From positions 16,587 through 80,586 of the forward strand of contig CAZUTV010000004.1 of assembly GCA_964623495.1 (NCBI GenBank): a stretch of DNA of 64,000 nucleotides, given 5' to 3'. Numbering within the stretch: the first letter of the stretch is position 1; every line of letters begins with the position of its first letter. Below, one piece after another: positions 8,955-17,354 of the stretch. The position numbers and the translations under genes were made by a program. Source of the stretch: Candidatus Woesearchaeota archaeon (GTDB lineage: Archaea > Nanobdellota > Nanobdellia > Pacearchaeales > GW2011-AR1). The notes under the pieces were generated by a model. It searched no databases. It worked only from the letters and a program-made list of their open reading frames with translations, and had not been told where the DNA came from.

Positions 8955-11216
8955 ATGTTAAAAAAAGGGGATAAAAAAAAGGTGAAAGGATTAGCACTAG
9001 CTGAAATCCTAATCCTAATTTTAGGAACAATTGCAATTGGCTATGCTTTGGGAAGTGAGGTTAAGTTTGTAAGCTCACAGGGACCAGGAGAAACTGATGA
9101 TATAAGTGAAACTGGAGAAGGAAGTGTTTCTAAATCAGCTGATTCAAAAAAAGATGAGGGGTGGTCACCGGGATTAACCTATCTTCCTCTTGCAACCGGA
9201 GGTTTGGATTTTTTAAAAGGGGGATTATGGGGGCGTGGATCAAGTTCAAGCAGTTCTTCTTCAAGTTCATCTTCATCGGGTTCAGGTGGCGGAACTCCTC
9301 CACCTCCAGACATAGGTCCTGGATCTTTAAACTGGGGACAGGCAGGGAAGCAAATACTTGGAAATGCGGCTCGGGCCGTTGGAATTTATTTTGGTATTCA
9401 GGCACTTGGAAAAAGTTTGTGGAAAGATGAGTCAGGAGTCAATGCATTAAAGTATGCTGTATCAATAGGATTTTTCACAGGAACAACACTTAAAACTCTT
9501 TTATATGATAAAGCATTTTTTGGAAAGAAAATAGGGGAATTTTTGGCTGGAGATAAAATTCTTGGCATTAGTGGCTTTGGGTGGATTGGAATAGCGACAA
9601 CAGTTGTTATTTTCCTTTCACTTTACAAGAAGTCAGATGAAAAAACAATGGTCTTTGAATGCAAACCGTGGCAGGCTCCTTTGGGAGGAAAAGACTGCGA
9701 GAAATGCAACAAGCAAGGTCTTATTCCCTGCACCGAATACCAATGCAAATCTTTAGGACAGGCATGCAATATGACAAATACAGATACTGGCGAAGCAATG
9801 TGCGTCTGGCAAAACAAAAGAGATTCAACTCCTCCTGTAATACAGCCTTGGAGAGAGGTGTTGGCAGATTACTTCTCATACAGGCCAGACAACACTTTAA
9901 GCCTAAAAGACAAAGGAGTTTACATCAAATATAATGACCCAAAACACCAAACAAGAAACGGATGCATTCCTGCATTTATGCCTTTCACTTTTGGGATAAC
10001 TACAGATGAACCCTCGAGCTGTAAGATTGATGATGTGAGAGGGACAACTTTCAATAACATGAAGTGGGATTTGGGTAGCAGTTCAACATTCAAGTACAAT
10101 CACAGCCAGACAATAAGTCTTCCAAGCCCAGAATCTTTAGAAGCAGAGAATATAACTTTGAAAAACGGCGGAAATTACGAATTATATGTAAGGTGTATTG
10201 ATGTTAATGGAAATTTAAAACCAGATTCTCCATCAGGGACTTTTGTGTTCAAATATTGCGTGGATCCTGGGCCAGACACAATGGCTCCTCAGATACTTGG
10301 AACAAGCATACCAACAGGAATGCCAATTGCATACAACCAATCAACCCTTGATTTAGAGGTCTATATTAATGAGCCTGCAGACTGCAAGTGGTCTAGGGAT
10401 AGGGACATGACTTTTGCCAGCATGGAAAACACAATGACCTGCTCCAGAAGTGTTTTTGAAATGAACGCCCAAATGGTTTACAAGTGCTCGACAACATTAA
10501 ACGCTTTAAGGAATAGGATGGAAAATGTCTTCTACTTCAGATGCAAGGACAAACCTTCTGCAGCTGAAAAAGACAGATATGAAATGGCTAGAGGATATAG
10601 ATACGTGGTTATTGGAACTCAACCATTGATAATTGACAAAGTCGGACCTAACGGAACAATAAAAGGATCCACTGATCCTGCACTAATAACTCTAAATGCG
10701 CAGACTTCTGCAGGATACAAAGAAGGAGATGCAACATGCTACTATAGTGAGTCTTGCTGGGATGCAAATGGAAAAAGAGACGAGTACACTATGTTTTACT
10801 ATCCAAGCGGGGAAAGCTCTTACAATCATACGCAGAGCGGATTAGCAGTAAGCGCCGGTACATACAGGTGCAATATTTTATGCAGAGATCTTGGAGGAAA
10901 CACAGACACCAAATCATTCGAGTACAGGGTTGAAATAGACAAAACTCCTCCAAAAGTTGTAAGGATTTACAAGGAAGATAACTTCTTAAAAGTCATAATC
11001 AACGAGAAAGGGCAGTGCGTTTATGGAACTCAGAACTGCAATTACTTATTTGAAGACGGAATATCAATGAATACCTTGGATGACTTAGGATTCTACACTG
11101 ACTGGGACACAACAAAAACTTTCTACATAAGATGCAAAGATGAGTATGGAATCCAGCCTAACTCAAACCAATGCTCGATAGTTGTAAGGCCTGCTGAAAT
11201 TTTTAATGATGGATGA
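8955..11216 (+). CDS. Membrane/surface protein (753 aa), stand-alone homolog of the C-half of the 1505-aa protein
   Basis: N-terminal TM, Ser13 and Gly/Pro linker, then hydrophobic helices. These are followed by FECKPWQAPLGGKDCEKCNKQGLIPCTEYQCKSLGQAC and repeated domains delimited by (T)PP-x-(I/V). The C-terminus FYIRCKDEYG..CSIVVRPAEIFNDG matches YHIKCRDDWG..CLIIVKPEELYDD. Confidence 0.75.
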   Translation: MLKKGDKKKVKGLALAEILILILGTIAIGYALGSEVKFVSSQGPGETDDISETGEGSVSKSADSKKDEGWSPGLTYLPLATGGLDFLKGGLWGRGSSSSSSSSSSSSSGSGGGTPPPPDIGPGSLNWGQAGKQILGNAARAVGIYFGIQALGKSLWKDESGVNALKYAVSIGFFTGTTLKTLLYDKAFFGKKIGEFLAGDKILGISGFGWIGIATTVVIFLSLYKKSDEKTMVFECKPWQAPLGGKDCEKCNKQGLIPCTEYQCKSLGQACNMTNTDTGEAMCVWQNKRDSTPPVIQPWREVLADYFSYRPDNTLSLKDKGVYIKYNDPKHQTRNGCIPAFMPFTFGITTDEPSSCKIDDVRGTTFNNMKWDLGSSSTFKYNHSQTISLPSPESLEAENITLKNGGNYELYVRCIDVNGNLKPDSPSGTFVFKYCVDPGPDTMAPQILGTSIPTGMPIAYNQSTLDLEVYINEPADCKWSRDRDMTFASMENTMTCSRSVFEMNAQMVYKCSTTLNALRNRMENVFYFRCKDKPSAAEKDRYEMARGYRYVVIGTQPLIIDKVGPNGTIKGSTDPALITLNAQTSAGYKEGDATCYYSESCWDANGKRDEYTMFYYPSGESSYNHTQSGLAVSAGTYRCNILCRDLGGNTDTKSFEYRVEIDKTPPKVVRIYKEDNFLKVIINEKGQCVYGTQNCNYLFEDGISMNTLDDLGFYTDWDTTKTFYIRCKDEYGIQPNSNQCSIVVRPAEIFNDG

Positions 11217-11225
11217 AATGAATAA

Positions 11226-11233
11226 TTTATAAA
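11226..11233 (+). promoter_or_regulatory. TATA-box candidate (TTTATAAA), 21 nt before ATG 11255 (leaderless-type spacing)
   Basis: Exact TTTATAAA. The same box at the same 21-27 nt spacing recurs upstream of other first-in-unit genes in this window. Confidence 0.4.
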
Positions 11234-11254
11234 TTCTAATTCTTTATTTGTTTG

Positions 11255-11779
11255 ATGAAAAGAGGAACTCGCGATCCTGCTCACCCATGGATTATATCAC
11301 AAAATCGCTCGGCAATGGAATTATCTTTTGGGATGATTTTTTCAATCATACTTATTATTAGTTTTCTTGCATTTGCAATTTATGCTATACTTACCTTTAT
11401 CAAGACAAGTGACACGGCCAAGATTGCAAGTTTCAGAAAAGACTTTCAAGAGGACATTGACAAGATGTGGAGGGCAACACAAGGAAGCCAAAAAGTCAGC
11501 TATAGTCTTCCCGGCAAAATCAACGAAGTATGCATTGTAAGAAATTACGGAGTTAATTTGCTTTTCTATCCGTTAAATTCTATCGGAGACATTGGCCCTT
11601 TAAATCTAAGCCATATCAATCTAACAACTGCCGTAAAGGCTGGCCGCCAGGGATATAAAGTAAGAAATATCGACGGGGAGAACAGGTACATGGTTTGCTT
11701 CAACAATACAAGGGATAAAGTCAGCATGGTGATAAAAAAGAATTTTGGGGAAAATCTAGTAAATATAAGTGCAAGTTAA
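11255..11779 (+). CDS. Small prepilin-like protein (174 aa)
   Basis: N-terminus MKRGTRDP...NRSAMELSFGMIFSIILIISFLAFAIYAIL resembles archaeal class III signals (compare KGQIAMELGIL-type pilins). I prefer the ATG at 11255 to the TTG at 11252. Confidence 0.6.
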   Translation: MKRGTRDPAHPWIISQNRSAMELSFGMIFSIILIISFLAFAIYAILTFIKTSDTAKIASFRKDFQEDIDKMWRATQGSQKVSYSLPGKINEVCIVRNYGVNLLFYPLNSIGDIGPLNLSHINLTTAVKAGRQGYKVRNIDGENRYMVCFNNTRDKVSMVIKKNFGENLVNISAS

Positions 11780-11780
11780 G

Positions 11781-12734
11781 ATGATTAAAGGAAAAGGCGG
11801 TTTCATGGAAAATTCATTTACCTGGATTTTTGCACTTGTTGTTGGGGGATTTATTCTTTTTCTTGCAATCTTTTTTGCAATAAGACTTACCGGAACAGAA
11901 GAAACGCAAATAGATGTTGTAACAAGCAAAGACATAGGAATCTTAACAAATCCCTTGGAAATCGGTTTTGAAAGCGGGAAGACAACTTTTTTAAGCTTGC
12001 CGACAGAGACAAGGATTTATGGCAATTGCGATAATTCTGGAGAATTTGGAACGCAAAAAATAAGAATATCCCAAAAAAGCCTTGGGGAATGGTCTGAGAC
12101 TCCATTGAATATTTCATTCAAGAATAAATACTTGTTCTCAGAGAGCCCTGTAGAAGGAAGAAGTTTCTATTTATTTTCAAAGCCTTTCGAATTTCCATTT
12201 AAGGTCGCTGACTTGATTTATTTAATTCCAAAAAACAAGTTTTATTGCTTTGTTCTTTCTTCAAACAATCCCTTACATAAAGACATTTCTATGGAAATAA
12301 GAAATCTTAAACTGGATAATGTTAAGAATGTTACTAATGCCAACAATTGCCCTCCTGGAAGCCAAAAAGTCTGCTTCACAAGCACTTGCAATATAACAGT
12401 AAATCTTCAGCAGGAAAAAGTCATAAAGTCTGGAGAAAATCTTTCTTTTTCTGGAAGCACATTAATGTATGCCGCAATTTTTTCAGATCCAGATGTTTAC
12501 AAATGTCAGCTAAAAAGGTTAATGCAAAGAACAGACAATTTAGCTGATTTGTATGAAAAGAAAATTATTTATGTAGGCCAAAAAGGATGCAATGCTAACT
12601 TCAATTTAGCTCTTTTGTCAAGCAGGGCAGATAGCTATAGCAAAGAAAACACCCAGGAAATAAGATCAATTTATACTCAGGTTGTCAAGCAAATAAATGC
12701 CTCAAATGAGGCTGCTGGCTGCAAAATATGGTAA
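11781..12734 (+). CDS. Prepilin-like protein (317 aa)
   Basis: MIKGKGGFMENSFTWIFALVVGGFILFLAIFF. ATG 11781 lies 1 nt after the upstream TAA (the track start at 11769 is GTG). Confidence 0.6.
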   Translation: MIKGKGGFMENSFTWIFALVVGGFILFLAIFFAIRLTGTEETQIDVVTSKDIGILTNPLEIGFESGKTTFLSLPTETRIYGNCDNSGEFGTQKIRISQKSLGEWSETPLNISFKNKYLFSESPVEGRSFYLFSKPFEFPFKVADLIYLIPKNKFYCFVLSSNNPLHKDISMEIRNLKLDNVKNVTNANNCPPGSQKVCFTSTCNITVNLQQEKVIKSGENLSFSGSTLMYAAIFSDPDVYKCQLKRLMQRTDNLADLYEKKIIYVGQKGCNANFNLALLSSRADSYSKENTQEIRSIYTQVVKQINASNEAAGCKIW

Positions 12735-12735
12735 A

Positions 12736-13260
12736 ATGAAAGACAAATCAAGACATGCGCAAATGAAAATCCAGCAAACAGCATTCATGCTTTTAGCTGT
12801 GACTCTGCTTTTTGTGCTTGTAGGATTGGCTGTTTTGGGTTTTAAGCTTGCAGGAATGAAAGGCACAGCATCTGGTCTTGAAGAAGAAAATGCTAAACTC
12901 TTAGTGTCTAAGTTAGCAAATTCTCCAGAATTTGCATGCGGAGATGCTTTTCCAGGAAGAATTAGTTGTATTGATGCAGATAAAGTAATGATGCTAAAAA
13001 GCCAGGAAAGCAAATATTCTGGATTCTGGGGAGTTGCAGATATTGAAATAAGAAAAATCTACCCTAAAAGATCAGGAACAGTTGTTTGCACTACTTCAAA
13101 CTATCCCAACTGCAACCTTATTGAAATAAAATCGACAAAGATAGCAGGAACTTACTATTCAAATTTCATATCCTTATGCAGAAAAGAACTAATAGGAGGG
13201 ACAACTTATGACAGATGCGATCTTGCAAGATTACTTGTAAGTTATGAGAAAAAGACGTAA
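12736..13260 (+). CDS. Small prepilin-like protein (174 aa)
   Basis: MKDKSRHAQMKIQQTAFMLLAVTLLFVLVGLAVLGF. ATG 12736 lies 1 nt after the upstream TAA. Confidence 0.6.
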   Translation: MKDKSRHAQMKIQQTAFMLLAVTLLFVLVGLAVLGFKLAGMKGTASGLEEENAKLLVSKLANSPEFACGDAFPGRISCIDADKVMMLKSQESKYSGFWGVADIEIRKIYPKRSGTVVCTTSNYPNCNLIEIKSTKIAGTYYSNFISLCRKELIGGTTYDRCDLARLLVSYEKKT

Positions 13261-13801
13261 AATGATTAAAAGAATAAAAAATAAAATAGGGCAAGAACAA
13301 AAATCAAAGATTTTAGTAGCTAAGCCTAAAAAGGCCCAGGAGGAAATGGTTGGATTTGCTTTAATTGTTATAATTGTAGCAGTTATATTGCTTATCTTTC
13401 TTAGCCTATCTCTATCTAAGAGAGGTTCTTCAAATATACAAGGCTACGAAGCAGAGAACTTCTTAAAAACCAGCTTGCAGTACACAACAAACTGCGAGTT
13501 TTATAGGGAAGGATATATCTCTTTAGAAACCCTTATCTTTAAGTGTTATGAAAACAAAACCTGTGTAAATGGGAACAATACTTGTGTAATTTTAGGTACT
13601 ACATTTAGAGAGATCTTGAACGAAAGCTGGAGAACAGGTAGTGATAAACCAGTACAGGGATATTCTTTAAACATAAGTATTAATGGGCAGCCATTTAAGG
13701 GGTTTAAAGAAGGCAATAAAACGCAAAACTCAAGGGGAACTACAATTTTAAGGGACAAGGGAGCATCTAGTGCAGAGATAAGCTTTAATGCTTACTATTA
13801 G
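13244..13801 (+). CDS. Small prepilin-like protein (185 aa)
   Basis: ...KPKKAQEEMVGFALIVIIVAVILLIFLSL. Overlaps the previous gene. Last gene of the co-directional cluster. Confidence 0.6.
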   Translation: MRKRRKMIKRIKNKIGQEQKSKILVAKPKKAQEEMVGFALIVIIVAVILLIFLSLSLSKRGSSNIQGYEAENFLKTSLQYTTNCEFYREGYISLETLIFKCYENKTCVNGNNTCVILGTTFREILNESWRTGSDKPVQGYSLNISINGQPFKGFKEGNKTQNSRGTTILRDKGASSAEISFNAYY

Positions 13802-14151
13802 ACCTTAAAGTTGATTGTTAAAGTATCTACCACAATCTCTGGTCTGTGCTTGATTCTTTTCTTTGTCTTTTCTTCTACAAATTCTATAAACCCAAACCGT
13901 TCAAGAAGCTTTAGATCATCATTTACTGCCTTAAAGGTGCGACCAAGCTTTTTAGCCAGATCGTAGATTGAAGAGGGATTTTGATGTTTTATTGCATGCA
14001 AAATACGGGCTTTTTCATTGCTTAAAAGGCCTCTTAATGCGGAAATTCCTTCAAAATCGTACTCTTTTTTTGCAACTCCGAGCCTTGTAAAGAAGTTAAA
14101 GGCCCCTTCCTCCTCCTGCAAGGTTATTTCTCTCAGTTTGGTCTTCGCCAT
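13798..14151 (-). CDS. Winged helix-turn-helix transcriptional regulator (117 aa)
   Basis: LLSNEKARILHAIKHQNPSSIYDLAKKLGRTFKAVNDDLKLLERFGFIEF is an ArsR/MarR-like wHTH pattern. Confidence 0.65.
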   Translation of the reverse strand: MAKTKLREITLQEEEGAFNFFTRLGVAKKEYDFEGISALRGLLSNEKARILHAIKHQNPSSIYDLAKKLGRTFKAVNDDLKLLERFGFIEFVEEKTKKRIKHRPEIVVDTLTINFKV

Positions 14152-14165
14152 TTTATCGTCGGGAT

Positions 14166-14194
14166 AAATATCTATTATTCTTTAATAGATATTT
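14166..14194. promoter_or_regulatory. Perfect 12-bp inverted repeat (AAATATCTATTA-N5-TAATAGATATTT), operator candidate
   Basis: Read directly from the sequence. Lies 15 nt upstream of the wHTH gene start (14151, minus strand), within the region shared with the divergent S-layer gene. Confidence 0.5.
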
Positions 14195-14213
14195 TAAATA
14201 TATATTTTTGTAT

Positions 14214-14236
14214 TATCTATTATTTAACAATAGATA
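14214..14236. promoter_or_regulatory. Second inverted repeat with the same half-site (TATCTATT-N7-AATAGATA)
   Basis: 8-bp arms share the ATCTATT core with the 14166-14194 palindrome. Confidence 0.4.
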
Positions 14237-14536
14237 TAAATATCTAGCAAATGGACTTAATAAATGTTGCGGTTAAGGCTCCTATTCCTAAGCGCGTATT
14301 TTACTGTATTAATAGAATAGTGACAGCATAAGATTTATAAATAAAAATGGTTGTTTTGGGGCTTTTAAGCTGAAAAGCGAAAAAATCTACGACAAGCTTT
14401 TTAAAGCAATTTCCTTAGCTTAATTACTTCAAAGGTCAGTTAAATCATATTCACTCAAACAGGCGTATGCCTGTGGGTGGGGTTGTCATAGACAACACGT
14501 ATAGTATACAGCTGAAAGGAGGTTAATAAAAAATAC

Positions 14537-17215
14537 ATGAGATTTAATTTTAAGAAAATCTCAGCACTTGCAACTAGTACACTATTAGTCGGAATGACAA
14601 TGGGAGTTGCTGCTGCAGCAAACTATCCTGCACCTTTCATACAAGGAAGCACAGCAGATGTGGCAATTGTATATGGTACAGGAACAGGGGTATCCATCAT
14701 AGATGGTGTCCAAGCAGGAAGCATTCAGGCAGACCTTCAATCCAGATTTATTGGAGACGGAGGAGATGATGATACTGTTACTGGAGAAACATATCCTTTA
14801 TTCACAGACACTTCAAAGGTGTACATGAATGACACTTTAACTATTAGATCTATCTTAACAGATCAAGAACTTGAGAATGTTCTTGCTGATAGCAAATTTG
14901 AAGGAAATGTTAATGCAGATGTAACTACTACCATTTATCTTGGAACAAATCCAAGAGTGGTTTATGGAAAACATCCCTCTACAGGGGATGATGATCCAAC
15001 AGTAGCTTTACAGCTAGGAAACTCTGCAACAAACTATGTCTATAATGCAACAGTTGGCTTTAACAAAGCTGTAAACCTTGCTCATACAGATTCAATTGGA
15101 TCAAAATTGAATCTATTCGGACAAGAATTTACTGTTGCTGCAGGAACCACAAACACTACTCTATACTTATTTAAGTCATCTCAAAAAGTAGACTTATCTA
15201 TTGGAGGGAGTAATCCTGCAGAACAACAAATAACTGTTGAAGGAAAAACATACACTGTTACATTAGTAGGAGCAACAGCTACCTCTGCAACTGTTAAAGT
15301 TACAGACAGCACAGGAGCTTCTGAAACAGATGAAATCAATGAAGATGCGTCAAAAAATCTTCAAGGACTTGAAGTAGCTGTAACACTTGCTGCATCAAGC
15401 GAAGCAACAAGCAGTGAATCGGCAACACTTCTCCTTGGCTCTAACAAGCTAAAACTTACTGATGGAGGAAATGTTGAAGTAGGTACTGATGAAGATAATA
15501 TAGAAAATACAAACTTTGTTATACCTGCTGGAGGTGGTTTTAACGCAACAACAGGATTTACTATTCAGGTATTTGAAGATGATTCTGAAAAAGATGCAAT
15601 TGTTGCAGGAGGAAGCTATATAGATCCTGTTTTTGGATCATTCAAAATTGACTTCCCAGCATTAAATATTGCAGATGACTCAACTTCAAGAGAAAACATT
15701 GTTGTTAAAGGAGTCGGAAACGACAAAGCAGCAGTAACATTAACAGACCATCAAGGATTTGAAAAAACTATTGACTGGTACTATAATGTATCGGCACTTC
15801 CAAGACTAGCAGATAGTGATGGAAGAAATATAGAAGTATTAGAAATGGCTGCTATAAACAAGTCAGGATATGTTGTTGTTGGTAATGAAGATGAAGGTTA
15901 TCTTCTAAAACTAATAACAGTTACAAACCAAACAGGCACTGACGATGATGAAGTAGTCTTCGAAGATGTCTTTAGTGGTGATGAGTACACTGCAACAATA
16001 AGTAGTACAGAAGGAAGCGGTACTATTAACATTGGAGGAAAAACTTACGATGTCACTTACGCAAAAGTGAGCGGACAAGACTCATACGCTGCAACTGTAA
16101 GATTAAACTACCCAGATAGTAGTACTGCAACAACTGACGCTGTAATATACCCAACAATTGAGACTGATAAAGGAGCAAAATTCTTCTTTTACGAGCCTCA
16201 GGCAATTACGCTAACAAACTGGAACGGTGCTTCAGGCATATTAGGTACTTTAAGATTCCCTGACGGAGACGGTTATGAAGATGTAACCATTACCTGGACT
16301 GGAAACAACACTATGGGACAGGTTGCTGGTGGAACAGTAAATGCATGGAATATTACTGCAGATGGAGTAACAGATCAAATCTGGAACTCTAGTGCATCTG
16401 TAGTTAATGTAACAATAGGAGTATTTACATATAGTATTTACGGTTCTGCAACTGCAAATGACTCAACTGTTTACTTACTTAACCCAGACAATAGTGCCCT
16501 AATAACAAACGGGGCTTTTATCCCTGCTGTTGGATTCTTTGAAGAACAAGATGACAGCACAAGCAAGCTCTACAATGGTGGAGTTGTGATAATGAGTGGT
16601 GCTGGAAGCAGTACAACGCCTGTAGGTGTAAGTGATGTTGCATTTACATGGGGAGCTGATGACTATTGGGACGATTTACAATTAGAAACCGATGAAGATC
16701 TATACAAAAGTATGGACTATTATGGAACTATTGTAACAACTGATAGATCAGATAGTGACTCTTATACTGCAACAATTAGCTATCCAGACTCACAAATTTA
16801 TCCTAAGTTATATGTGGGAGAAGTAGCTTCACAAATCACTACCGGAGGTGGAGGTGGAGGTGGAGGTTCACTTGGAAATGTACTAGTAAGAGATAGCGAA
16901 GTTAGCTCTGTAAACACAAAGAACTTGATCGTTGTTGGCGGAAGCTGCATTAATTCAGCTGCTGCTGCATTGGTTGGAGGATCTTACTGTGGAGAGCAAT
17001 GGACCACTGCAACCGGTATTGGCATGAACCAGTACATAATTAGAGGTTACACTGGAACAAGCTTAACTAGCAAGATGGCTTTACTTGTAGCAGGTTACAA
17101 TGTTGAAGACACTGTAAACGCTGCAACCTACTTGAAAACACAAGTAGTTGACACAAGCAAGCATTACAAGGGAACAACTGCAACAAGTGCTGAAGAGGTT
17201 GTAACCACAGCTTAA
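14537..17215 (+). CDS. Probable S-layer (surface-layer) protein, 892 aa
   Basis: Signal peptide ...LLVGMTMGVAAAANYPAPF. Thr/Ser/Asp/Gly-rich, with Cys confined to the C-terminal block. N-terminal ADVAIVYGTG..IDGVQAGSIQADL and C-terminal NLIVVGGSCINSAAAALVGG resemble methanococcal-type S-layer N/C domains. Strong GGAGGT RBS and a long structured leader. Confidence 0.6.
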   Translation: MRFNFKKISALATSTLLVGMTMGVAAAANYPAPFIQGSTADVAIVYGTGTGVSIIDGVQAGSIQADLQSRFIGDGGDDDTVTGETYPLFTDTSKVYMNDTLTIRSILTDQELENVLADSKFEGNVNADVTTTIYLGTNPRVVYGKHPSTGDDDPTVALQLGNSATNYVYNATVGFNKAVNLAHTDSIGSKLNLFGQEFTVAAGTTNTTLYLFKSSQKVDLSIGGSNPAEQQITVEGKTYTVTLVGATATSATVKVTDSTGASETDEINEDASKNLQGLEVAVTLAASSEATSSESATLLLGSNKLKLTDGGNVEVGTDEDNIENTNFVIPAGGGFNATTGFTIQVFEDDSEKDAIVAGGSYIDPVFGSFKIDFPALNIADDSTSRENIVVKGVGNDKAAVTLTDHQGFEKTIDWYYNVSALPRLADSDGRNIEVLEMAAINKSGYVVVGNEDEGYLLKLITVTNQTGTDDDEVVFEDVFSGDEYTATISSTEGSGTINIGGKTYDVTYAKVSGQDSYAATVRLNYPDSSTATTDAVIYPTIETDKGAKFFFYEPQAITLTNWNGASGILGTLRFPDGDGYEDVTITWTGNNTMGQVAGGTVNAWNITADGVTDQIWNSSASVVNVTIGVFTYSIYGSATANDSTVYLLNPDNSALITNGAFIPAVGFFEEQDDSTSKLYNGGVVIMSGAGSSTTPVGVSDVAFTWGADDYWDDLQLETDEDLYKSMDYYGTIVTTDRSDSDSYTATISYPDSQIYPKLYVGEVASQITTGGGGGGGGSLGNVLVRDSEVSSVNTKNLIVVGGSCINSAAAALVGGSYCGEQWTTATGIGMNQYIIRGYTGTSLTSKMALLVAGYNVEDTVNAATYLKTQVVDTSKHYKGTTATSAEEVVTTA
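16844..16867 (+). repeat. (GGAGGT)x4 microsatellite encoding a Gly8 linker
   Basis: Four exact tandem hexamers inside the S-layer ORF (protein TTGGGGGGGGSLG). Confidence 0.9.
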
Positions 17216-17221
17216 AAAAAC

Positions 17222-17261
17222 TTTATTTTTTCTTTTTCTTTTTTATTTTTTTAGATTTTTA
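17222..17261 (+). terminator. Oligo-T tracts (archaeal-type terminator candidate) after the S-layer gene
   Basis: tttattttttctttttcttttttattttttt lies immediately after stop 17213-17215. Confidence 0.45.
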
Positions 17262-17354
17262 TTGGACCATTGTTTGTTGATATGGCAATGATATTATGGA
17301 AAGAGCCATATACCAAAACACTAGGTTTTTATATTAAAGAGAACAGAAATTAAT

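Noticed and set aside
9241-9300. Ser13 and Gly/Pro low-complexity run in the 753-aa protein, considered as a DNA repeat element.
   Set aside because: Mixed Ser codons (tca/agc/agt/tct/tcg) without an exact nucleotide periodicity. It is a protein linker, not a repeat element.
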